Shown here piece by piece: positions 1 through 9,300 of a DNA stretch of 46,830 nt; position 1 is the stretch's first letter, and the number at the start of each line of letters is the position of its first letter. The notes below the pieces were generated by a model. It was given only the letters and a program-made list of their open reading frames with translations, did not search any database and was not told the DNA's origin. Source of the stretch: Verrucomicrobiales bacterium (GTDB lineage Bacteria > Verrucomicrobiota > Verrucomicrobiia > Limisphaerales > Palsa-1400); assembly GCA_003138485.1 (NCBI GenBank), contig PLGF01000083.1, positions 50,333 to 97,162 on the forward strand, written 5' to 3'. The translations under genes and the position numbers were made by a program.

Positions 1-3000
1 GGATGGTGTTGGTCGTTCCGATGTAATCCCGCCCGTTTATTCCCGTGCCATCGGAAGTGGAAAACACCGCGCTGACGACCGGCTGGGCCGCCGTGCCTTC
101 GCCACCGATGCGCTGGATGGAAATGTACGCGTTGGTCGCATTCTCCAACACGCCATAAACCGCCTGGCCGAACTCGATCGAACCGTCGCCGGAAATCGCC
201 CCGCCGTAAAGCCGCACGAAATTGTTCTCCGGCAATCCATCAAAGGTCGTGAAGCCTCCGCCCACGTTGATTTCATCGTTCTCCTGAATGACAATCGTAT
301 CGACATACCCGTTGGCGCCGTACCCGAAATTGATCGTCGGGTCCACCGTGCCATCGGGATTGAGCCGTGTGATGCCATTGCGCGTCACGCCGCTGGCGCG
401 GGCAAATTCGCCGCCCAACAAAATACGGTTCTGCGAATCCAGCGCGATGGCCAGAACCAAGTTGTCACACCCCGCTCCGACGTTGAAACTGGTGTCCACC
501 GAGCCGTCCGTGTTCAACCGGGCGACACAATTGTAATTGCTCCCGCTCACGTTCGTGAACGATCCCCCGATGAGGATCTGGCCGTCCGGCTGGATGAGGA
601 GGGCGCGAACCGATCCGTTGATGTCCGAGGCAACGCCGTCGAAGGCTTGGAAACTGGAATCGAGGGATCCATCGACATTGAGCCGCACCAGATGGTGATG
701 GGGTTGGTTGTTGAAGATGGTGAAATCGCCTCCCAGAAGAATCCGGTTGTTGGCATCAATGGCCACAGCACGGACCGCCGCGTTGCTGCCGCCGATTCCC
801 GCCTGCGGATTGAAATTGGGATCCACGGCTCCCGTGGCTGTCAGCCGCCCCACGCCGGGAGCGGGGTAGCCATCATAATTCTCGAAACTGCCGCCAATGA
901 CATAGTAGGCCAGATTGGGCACGTTGGTCGTCGCCCCCGGCAGGAACTGCTGGGCCACCGCATAGACCGCGTTGTCCGCTCCGGCGCCGGGGTTGAAGGT
1001 GGTGTCCAGGGACCCGTCCGGGTTCAACCGCGCGATGCCCGCCCGGTTCACCTGATCGACTTGTGAGAAACCGCCCGCCAGCATGATGTTTCCGTTGGTT
1101 TGGCCTCCCGCCGGCACCTGGCTCAACACCTGGTTGACCAAGCCGTTGGCCCCCGCCTGATTGACCAGGAACGTGCTATCACGCGAAGCGTCCGTGTTCA
1201 GCCGCGCCACGTAATCAATGGGATATTGATTGTAGAAAGTAAAGTTGCCTCCCGCCAGCAGGTCTCCGTCCGCCTGCAAGGCCAGCGAGAGAACGTAATT
1301 GTTGAATCCAATCCCGCTGGCCGTGGTCTGGTCCACCGAGCCGGCCGGGCTGAACACCAACTGATTGTCCAGTATCGTCAGCGTCGCCGTTCTGGGGAAT
1401 TGATTCGATATGGCGGCGGGACTTCCGCCAAAGAGCACCAGATTCACGATGCGGTTGGTGACGACGGTTTCATTGGGCGTATAATAGATCGGCACGACGA
1501 AGCTCTGGCTCGACACGCCCGGTGCGAAGGTAAGCACCCCGCTGGCGGCCCCATAGTTGGTCCCAGCCAGCGCCGCCGCGAACGGGGGCTGCGCGTTGGT
1601 GCCGTTAAGAGTCGCAAAGTTCACCGAGGCCGACCCCACCGTCCCGCTGGTGCGCACAACAGTGATCAACGCCTGGCTGGCGTTTTGCATCACATTGAAG
1701 TTGGACACCGAGAAATTGAAGGTGCCGAACGAATTAATCTCCTGGATGGTCACCGTCGCGTTGCTCGGATACGCGAGGATTTCATTGTTGCTCACGGTGC
1801 TGGTGACACCGAGGTTGGTCGCGCCGTAGAGGAACACTTTGAAGGTGGTGTTCCCATCCACCACATGGTCTTGCAACGTCGGGAAGGTCATGGTTTGCGG
1901 TGTCACGCTCCCGTCGGCAAAGGCGAGCAGATTGGTGACGCCGGAATAGTTGACGCCATTGATGGCCGTGCCATTGGCCGCGGCGCAGTACACGTCCAAC
2001 TGCCCTTTGGCCCCGCCCAGGCGGTTCACCGTCACCGTGGCCGGAGAGCCTTTGAGCGCGGTGTAGGAGGGCGAGCTGAATTCCAAATGACCGGGCTGGA
2101 AAAGCCCGTCGATTATCTGCACGGTTGTGCTCGAATACACCTGCGGCGGCACGTTGGTGTCCAATGCGGCGCCAGTGACATTGGTGATGAGTATCCCGAA
2201 ATACTTCGTCGGCACCAGGGTCGATTTCCCATAGATATGCACCTTTATGGGCACCGTTGTGTTGCCGCTGCTGAAACTCGCCGTGCCAAACACGGCCTGA
2301 TAATCCCCCGATGATGACCCCGTTGACACCGCGGTGCCGTTTGTCGTGGTCCAATAGGCCGTCGCATCGCCGGTGTTCCCGTTGGTCCGCGTGACTGTGA
2401 CATAAAGGTCGCCATTGGTGTCCAGCGTGACGTAGTTGGTCAAGGCGAAACCCACCACGCCCTTGGGATAGTTGTCGTTGACAATCTCCAGCCCCGCCGA
2501 ATACTGGCCCAAGGCCGGCAGGGTGGGAACCGTTGCCCCTCCCAGAGTAAGGAGGCCGGTGGAATTGAGATTCAGCAGCGAAAGGCCGGCGAACAGGTTC
2601 ACCCCCGGCGCGATTGACGTGTTGTTATTGATCTTCAACCACAGGTCGGCATCGCCAGAGTCGGGAAACGCGGGCTGAATGGTGTAATTGTATCCCCAGT
2701 AGCCGTCACTTTGCCGCCAGCCGTATTCAAGGCCCCCGCCACCAATGATAACGCTCCAAAGCTGCCAAATATCGATGTATTCCGCGGAAGGGGTGGCCAA
2801 ACCGAAGTCCGCCTGCGTGGCGCCCCCTTGAATCGTGTTGGTCCCCAGCGTGACCGCCGCCGGACCGAGGCTTCCATTGGTCCGATCCAACCCGACGTAG
2901 AGCTTGCCCGCGGTATCATCCACCGTGTAGGGATTGAGGGTCAAAGTGATGTTTCCCGGGCAATTCCCAGTCCCGCCCTGCGGCTCCGGCCCCGTGTTCG

Positions 3001-6000
3001 ACGCGGTAATCACGCGCGCCATATTCAGACGAATTCTGACGTCATCCCGCGTAAAACCGCCTCCGATGCGAACGAAGCTGCCGCCGATAAGGAGGTTGCC
3101 CGTGGAGTCGAGGGCCATGGCGTTGATATAATTTCTTTGATTGTTCTCAGCGGGCGCGTCGTTGGGATTGACCGCCCAGGTATTATAGTAATGATTGATA
3201 AGGCCGGCATATTGATTGTAGGCCGTGTCCATGAAGTAGGTGTCCAGCCAGCCGTTGGGGAACAGGCGCGCCATTCCCACCCTGCGAACCGTGTTGAAGA
3301 CTGTAAACTGGCCGCCAATATCGATGTTGCCGGTCGGTTCGATCAAGACTGAATAGATGATGTCGTTGGCGCCTATTCCGGGATCGAATGTGGTATCCAG
3401 CGCGCCGCTGGAAGTGATCCGGGCGATTGAACCGCGGGTAATCAAGTTGTAATTCTGGAACGCCCCTGCCAGGATGATTGAATTGTTATTCGGCTGCACG
3501 GCCAGACTATAGACGCTCTTGTCGGCCGCAAAGCCCGGATTGAACGAGGTGTCCAACGCGCCGCTCGGCAAAAGCCGCCCGATATGGCTCCAGTTGGTGC
3601 CGTTGACGTAAAGGAAGTCCCCGCCCAGCACGATGTTGCCCTGGGAATCCAGCGCCACCGCCCGCACCTGCTGATCCGTTCCCATGCCTGGAATCGTGCC
3701 TGAACTGGGCAGAAAGCTTGTATCCAGCGCCCCGTTGGTCATCAGCCGCGCGATATTGGCGCAGTTGGTCGTGTTGAAAGAGGAGAAATTCCCGCCCACA
3801 ACGATATTTCCATTGGCGTCAAGAGCCAGCGCCAGCACCGTGCCGTAATAGTTAAAACCCGAGTGGGTCACGAAATTGGTGTCCAGCGTCCCGTTGGGGT
3901 TCAAGCGCGCGATATGCCCGGCCACGGTGCCGTTGACAGAGGTGAAATCGCCGCCGATGTAAATCCGGCTCAGCGAGTCAATCGCAATGGCCCTGACGGC
4001 GCCATTCGGACCGCTGCCAAGGCCGTTTGCAAATCCGAAATCCATCTGCCCATTCGCTACAAGGCGCGCGAGGTAATTGATCGGGGTGGAATTGTAGGAG
4101 GTAAAGTCTCCGCCGATCACTGCCTGCCCGTTGGCCTGCACAGCCATCGCATGCACCGGCGCGCTTGCTCCCGGCAGCGGATTATACGGCGGATAGGAGG
4201 CTGCCGCCGAATCGACGTTCCAAGTCCGATCTGCGGAGCCTGCGGCCTGCTGTCCAGGGTCCGCGCTGTCGAAGTTCAGGGTGACATTGGCTTTGCTGAT
4301 ATTGCCGAGCACCACCGGCACCGTCGAACCCGCATTGGCTGAAATGTCGGCTGGAGAAAAGAACAACTGCACGTAAAGGTCCGAATCGAATTCAACCGCG
4401 CCGTTATTAGTGACCGGGATGATAATCGGCTCCGGGAGCCCATAATTCTGTGGGAACATGATTGTGCCATAAAGACCGCCGTTCTGAGGGTTCAACGCAG
4501 TTGAGAGTCCGGGGGGGTTCCCCCAGTTGTTGTTGTAGGGCAGGCAGAAGTCCCAGTCATTGGGGTTGCTGCCATTAAAGGGCAGGGCATAGTCGGAGCC
4601 GGCCACCGTTGTGAAGTCGTTGTTATCAATTGGCTGGTTTGGGTTGGCTTCGCCATCTATGACGTAGGACACCTGCATGGCCTGGCCGCCCTCCGGTTCG
4701 CGGTAAACATAAAGGGTCACATAACCATCATTCACACTTCTGTCGGCGCGGAATGTCGCCCGTTCGAAGTTCATCACGACATAACTGCCATAGGCGAGAT
4801 TCGTGGAGGTGGGCGGGCCGGCGCTGTAAAAGTTCTCCACGTTCATCGTCGCGGTTCCAAGAGTGCGCGAAATGGTGGGCGGGACAATGTCCAGACTCTC
4901 CAGCGGGTCCAGCAGCGTGGGATTGCCGTAGGGGTCCACCTGGCCGGGCACGTTGGTCAAGATCAACTCGACCAGCGCGTTGACTCCATAATACAGGTAG
5001 TTTCCGTTCGCGTCCGGATAATCCGGCCCCCCGACGCCCCCGATCCCCAAAGTCCCGCTGCCGCTGCTTCCAAGGTCCTGAGGCAGGTTCAGATAAACAT
5101 CCTGGTTCATCTGGTAATCATCGAACGTCACATTGGTGGAGTCCGTCGATTCGTAGTCCACTCCGTCCCGCGCCGAGGGCGTCATCTCGTTAACTATGTT
5201 TGTCAGGCAGAAGTAAACCACCTGCGTCGTCGTCACATTCGTGACGGTTCCGGAGTTGGTGACCGAGACGGGCGGGTTGACGACGTTGCCCATACATGGC
5301 CAATTGGTGAAAAAATTCGTTACGTTAAAGACCCCGTTCGAGCCACTCATGTCGGTCATCTGAACACCGGTGCTGGCATTGGAAACCACCATCAGCGAGT
5401 TTGTAAAATCGCCGTAGTTCGTCACATAATAACGCACCCCCAAGAGCACGTCTTCGATCCGTTGCAAGAAAGCCGTGTTGGTATAGTAACTATTGGTGTA
5501 GCTCGTTTCCGTCAGACTGCCGTTTGCGTTCATGGTGTAGTTGGTCAGGAACACGTTGCTGCCGGTGACATTGGTCTCGAAGAAGTTTTGATAGAATGTA
5601 TTGGTTACAATCAGCCTCAGTTCGCACCGTCCGCTGGAGCCGCCGACCCGCGTGATGGTAATGCGGGCGTTGGCATCACCCGCCTGATTGTGAAGGCTCG
5701 GGCTGATGTTGCCGTTCATCTCCGCCAGTATCTCATCGTCATACTCGCCCATCGGAAAGGTGGCGGCGGTAAACTGGAACGTGCCGCCCACCACGCTGGG
5801 CGCCCAATTCAATGCAATGTCCCCCTGCGCGTTGGTTCCATCCGCGGACGCACCGTCCTCTTGAATGAAATAGAGCGTTCCTTGCGTCGCCTGGAAATCG
5901 ACGCGGCTGGTCACGCCCCCGCTGGGATCCTCCTCATTGGAGGCAACCTTTGTCAGATTTGCAAACGACTGGATGGTGCCAGCCCTCAGACGGTAAACCG

Positions 6001-6343
6001 CCAGGACCGTGGGCAAGGCGTAGCCGGAATTCGGATCGACGCTGCCCCGGGTGTTGAAATCGATCGTGGTGGTGATGGGAGCGGTCCAGGCATACCAGAT
6101 GCTCGACTGCGCGGGGTTGCCCGCAACCGGGACCGGTTCCCCCGGTTCGGCGGTGGCGCTGAGGTTGGTGCCAAGGACCGTGCCGGAAATGCCGATGATG
6201 CCCTGGGCGTTGGCAAAATCGTCATTGAGCGGGGCCGGTTGCGCCTGGCTCTGGAACGCGATGCCGGCACATAGAGCCGCGGCCCAAAGCAGGCTGGACA
6301 CCCGGCCCAACTTCCTCAAAAGTTCTGGTTGCACTGTTAACAT
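1..6343 (-). CDS. Giant secreted protein, >2,114 aa, 3' end beyond the window: signal peptide, N-terminal NDDFANA (PPC-like) domain, at least 7 Calx-beta domains and two sets of 7 delta-60 repeats
   Basis: Absent from the ORF track because no stop lies in the window. Manual translation from ATG 6343 gives MLTVQPELLRKLGRVSSLLWAAALCAGIAFQSQA-QPAPLNDDFANAQG. The same frame was checked at about 5600-5160, 4560-4500, 3420-3360, 300-240 and 60-2. It shows Calx-beta motifs (VTVNRLGG...GTAINGVNY; FSTSDGTGINGRDY) and delta-60 motifs (AIDSLSRIYIGGDFTSVNG...IARLNPNGTLDTNF). Confidence 0.9.
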   Translation of the reverse strand, partial: MLTVQPELLRKLGRVSSLLWAAALCAGIAFQSQAQPAPLNDDFANAQGIIGISGTVLGTNLSATAEPGEPVPVAGNPAQSSIWYAWTAPITTTIDFNTRGSVDPNSGYALPTVLAVYRLRAGTIQSFANLTKVASNEEDPSGGVTSRVDFQATQGTLYFIQEDGASADGTNAQGDIALNWAPSVVGGTFQFTAATFPMGEYDDEILAEMNGNISPSLHNQAGDANARITITRVGGSSGRCELRLIVTNTFYQNFFETNVTGSNVFLTNYTMNANGSLTETSYTNSYYTNTAFLQRIEDVLLGVRYYVTNYGDFTNSLMVVSNASTGVQMTDMSGSNGVFNVTNFFTNWPCMGNVVNPPVSVTNSGTVTNVTTTQVVYFCLTNIVNEMTPSARDGVDYESTDSTNVTFDDYQMNQDVYLNLPQDLGSSGSGTLGIGGVGGPDYPDANGNYLYYGVNALVELILTNVPGQVDPYGNPTLLDPLESLDIVPPTISRTLGTATMNVENFYSAGPPTSTNLAYGSYVVMNFERATFRADRSVNDGYVTLYVYREPEGGQAMQVSYVIDGEANPNQPIDNNDFTTVAGSDYALPFNGSNPNDWDFCLPYNNNWGNPPGLSTALNPQNGGLYGTIMFPQNYGLPEPIIIPVTNNGAVEFDSDLYVQLFFSPADISANAGSTVPVVLGNISKANVTLNFDSADPGQQAAGSADRTWNVDSAAASYPPYNPLPGASAPVHAMAVQANGQAVIGGDFTSYNSTPINYLARLVANGQMDFGFANGLGSGPNGAVRAIAIDSLSRIYIGGDFTSVNGTVAGHIARLNPNGTLDTNFVTHSGFNYYGTVLALALDANGNIVVGGNFSSFNTTNCANIARLMTNGALDTSFLPSSGTIPGMGTDQQVRAVALDSQGNIVLGGDFLYVNGTNWSHIGRLLPSGALDTSFNPGFAADKSVYSLAVQPNNNSIILAGAFQNYNLITRGSIARITSSGALDTTFDPGIGANDIIYSVLIEPTGNIDIGGQFTVFNTVRRVGMARLFPNGWLDTYFMDTAYNQYAGLINHYYNTWAVNPNDAPAENNQRNYINAMALDSTGNLLIGGSFVRIGGGFTRDDVRIRLNMARVITASNTGPEPQGGTGNCPGNITLTLNPYTVDDTAGKLYVGLDRTNGSLGPAAVTLGTNTIQGGATQADFGLATPSAEYIDIWQLWSVIIGGGGLEYGWRQSDGYWGYNYTIQPAFPDSGDADLWLKINNNTSIAPGVNLFAGLSLLNLNSTGLLTLGGATVPTLPALGQYSAGLEIVNDNYPKGVVGFALTNYVTLDTNGDLYVTVTRTNGNTGDATAYWTTTNGTAVSTGSSSGDYQAVFGTASFSSGNTTVPIKVHIYGKSTLVPTKYFGILITNVTGAALDTNVPPQVYSSTTVQIIDGLFQPGHLEFSSPSYTALKGSPATVTVNRLGGAKGQLDVYCAAANGTAINGVNYSGVTNLLAFADGSVTPQTMTFPTLQDHVVDGNTTFKVFLYGATNLGVTSTVSNNEILAYPSNATVTIQEINSFGTFNFSVSNFNVMQNASQALITVVRTSGTVGSASVNFATLNGTNAQPPFAAALAGTNYGAASGVLTFAPGVSSQSFVVPIYYTPNETVVTNRIVNLVLFGGSPAAISNQFPRTATLTILDNQLVFSPAGSVDQTTASGIGFNNYVLSLALQADGDLLAGGNFTFYNQYPIDYVARLNTDASRDSTFLVNQAGANGLVNQVLSQVPAGGQTNGNIMLAGGFSQVDQVNRAGIARLNPDGSLDTTFNPGAGADNAVYAVAQQFLPGATTNVPNLAYYVIGGSFENYDGYPAPGVGRLTATGAVDPNFNPQAGIGGSNAAVRAVAIDANNRILLGGDFTIFNNQPHHHLVRLNVDGSLDSSFQAFDGVASDINGSVRALLIQPDGQILIGGSFTNVSGSNYNCVARLNTDGSVDTSFNVGAGCDNLVLAIALDSQNRILLGGEFARASGVTRNGITRLNPDGTVDPTINFGYGANGYVDTIVIQENDEINVGGGFTTFDGLPENNFVRLYGGAISGDGSIEFGQAVYGVLENATNAYISIQRIGGEGTAAQPVVSAVFSTSDGTGINGRDYIGTTNTI
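200..1300 (-). repeat. Second array of 7 delta-60 repeats (probable 7-bladed beta-propeller) in the giant protein
   Basis: Cores QADGDLLAGGNF, NGNIMLAGGF, AYYVIGGSF, DANNRILLGGDF, QPDGQILIGGSF, DSQNRILLGGEF, QENDEINVGGGF; boundaries approximate. Confidence 0.8.
3020..4170 (-). repeat. First array of 7 delta-60 repeats (probable 7-bladed beta-propeller) in the giant protein
   Basis: Repeat cores QANGQAVIGGDF, DSLSRIYIGGDF, DANGNIVVGGNF, DSQGNIVLGGDF, QPNNNSIILAGAF, EPTGNIDIGGQF, DSTGNLLIGGSF, mostly about 50-60 aa apart; boundaries approximate. Confidence 0.8.
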
Positions 6344-6380
6344 ATCATCAAAAGTTGATTGCTCGCGCGGACGTTTCCCG

Positions 6381-9300
6381 TTACTGGCTCTGCAACAGGA
6401 CGCTGCCGCTGTCATTCGTGCCGGCGCCACCAAGGAAATAGCCGCGCGCGTTGCCCGTGTTCTGCAAGAGCACGCCCGACATCTTCACCCGCTCGCCGGT
6501 GTTGGTATTGACCACCAGCCGGCCGCTGAAAGTTCCCGCCGCCGCCTGGACGCGCAATGTCACCACCGCGGACGTGTAGCTCAGGCTCTTGTCCAAAGTG
6601 ACGGAGTTGCTTATCTGCGGCACACCCGCGCCGCTTGCGATCACGACCGGGCTGGCCAGTTGGAGCGGCGCATTGGGTTCATAGGGAGACCCCAGCAAAC
6701 TGAGGGCGTTGGTGAAGACTGTGCCGCCGTAATAGCGGGCCTTGTTGGTTCCCTTGCTCCAGGTCACGTCGGTGGATGCCAGCCCGTCGCCGCTCACATT
6801 CACCCAGCCCATAATCAAATCGTTCCCAGCGGCTACGTAGCCGTAGAACGGCCACCGGCCGGATTTGGAGACGGGAACCGACTGGCTGAACGTGGTTCCA
6901 TCCGCCAACCCGCCGATTGCGGACAACAGTCCCAACTTGCCCACCGTTGCCGTGACATAGCTGTCACCGGCGAACACTCCTGGCACGTCGCTGACCCACG
7001 GCAGCGACCCGGTGTATTTCATGGCAAAGGGCGAGGTGTCCTTGGCCGTCCAGACCGGGCTTAAGTCGGCCCACAACTGCGCGTCCGACGCGGCCGGCAC
7101 ATCGCCCGTAATCGCGTTAGTCTTGCCAGTCATATCGAGATGAAGATTCACCGTCAGCGGCGACCGCTTGCCATCCTTGGCAATGACCTGGTCCACGCCG
7201 TTGGTGGGGAACTTGTGGCTGAACCTGTAGGTCTGCGGTCCCATGGCCAACCGGCCCGAATAAGCGCCGCTGCGGCTTAATGCAAGGGTGATGAAACCCG
7301 AATTGGCCGGGTCGAACTGGTTGGTGGGGTAAAACAAGCCGTTATAGAGGCCTTGCAAGGGGAAGAAGGGCTGTTCCACGAAATTAGCCACAACCTCAGT
7401 GTCCCCCTCCAGCTTGAATTTCAAAACGGCGCCGTTGGAACTGATAACGTCGCTCCCGCTCAACCCCCATCCGGCGAAGTTCCACCCGTTGGACGCCACG
7501 GCGGTGAGCGTGTACGTCTTGCCCAAGGCCAATTGGCTCGATTTGACAACGGGGGAGACTCTTCCCGCCCCGTTGACGGTAATACTCGCCATCGCCAGAT
7601 TAGTGCCGGAGCGGCTGATTAAGAAGGCGCTTTCCGTCGCCTCCTGACCCGGGCAGTCGAGATAAATGGCTGAATTGGTGGGGTTGTTCAAGACATAAGG
7701 CTGCCTATCGTAATTGGGCGGGAAGCCCGGGAAAAAGGAAATATCCGGGCTGGTGGCCAGGGCCGCGTTCATCAGGCAGACTTGGCTGCTGTTCTTGTAA
7801 GGAACGGCCTGGGTGCTGTTCGGCCCGGCAAAATCGGGCACCCACACCAATCGGTTGGAATACGCAAACTGCAGCTTGAAAGGGTCTATGTTCGAGTCCG
7901 CGAAATAGATCGTCAAATTGGAATCTATCAGCAATCCACTCTGGAAATCGGTGTTAAACAGCGAGTTGGTGTCAAAGTCCAAATAGTCAACATACATCCC
8001 ATTCTTGGCCCCGGCCCCGGTGAAACGAAGCGTCGCGTTGGTGGATTGCAGCGACAATGTCAGATGACCGATCACCACGTTGTTGACAAACCCTGCCGCT
8101 TTGGCGCCCATGTCCGTTCCCGCCCAGACATGGTCCACCACCGAAAGCCCTTCGGCGATCGTCACGATCTCGGTCCCAAAGAGGTCCCCGGTGGCCGGCT
8201 TCTGGAGCAGGGTGAACCCGTCGGTCGTCTCCCAATAATTCACCAGGGGCGTGTTGGTGCTGGGTGCCCCCGAAACAAGATCGGTCAACTCCCCGGTCGC
8301 GTCCGTGTCCAGAATTAACGCGCCTGACCCGCTGGCGCCAGCGTAGATGGTCGATCCGCTCACCTGGATCGCATGGGCCGACAGAGTGATGGTGGAATAG
8401 GCTTCCATAATGCCGGGCGCCTGCCGGCCCATGTCCAACGCGCCGGCTTCAACGAGAATCGCTCCCTCGTCGCCATACAACAAACCGTCATTTTCAAACG
8501 ACGCGCAATCGAACATCAGAACCGCGCCTTCGACCAGGCCAAGATTGGTCACGCTATTAACGGTGTACTTGCGGCCCGCCGGGCCGGTAGTTCCTTTATC
8601 CTGGTCGTAGCCGATGTCAAACTCGTTGTCCACCTCCACGATGGCATTGCTATTAATAAGAAGGGATTTCAATTCCGGCAGGTTCGCCTGCGTCAACGAC
8701 CCCGCGTTTTCGGTGAAGACGTTGGTGCCGTTGAGCGTGAGATTGGTGGCGGTGATGAGCACGCTGTTGAGGACGCGTAGATTGTCCTGCACCACGACGT
8801 TGGTCGCGCGCAAGGCCAGGTTTAGCGCCGTCGATTGGTATGTCCCCCGCAAATCCTGGTTCACAACCAGAATATGATAATACCAGTTGTTGGTCACGCT
8901 GAAAGCGGCATTGGTGTTTCCCTTGTTGTCGTTGGTCTGGGTGTTCGACCATGTCGCGCTCCAGGCCGCAATGTCACCGCGCAGCCGGTGAAACGCGGCG
9001 GGAAACACGTTGGAGACAAGGAGCGACTTGTTGGTGCGAGACCCCAGGGAGCTGTTGAAGTTGCCCCATTCGGAACCGTACGTAGCGCCGACCAGGTTGG
9101 TGGCGTTGAGCGTGACGACGCCTTCGGCTTGGATACGGGTGTTGGCCAGTTTCAACGTGTGGGCGTTAATCTCCACCCGACCCGCCTCATTGGTCGGGTC
9201 GGGAAGGTCCACCTCGGCCGATCCAAGCGTGTCAGACGTCGCGGGATCCAGCCCGCCCAACACTTCGGGGTCCCGTCCCACTTGGACGGCATAGGCGGCG

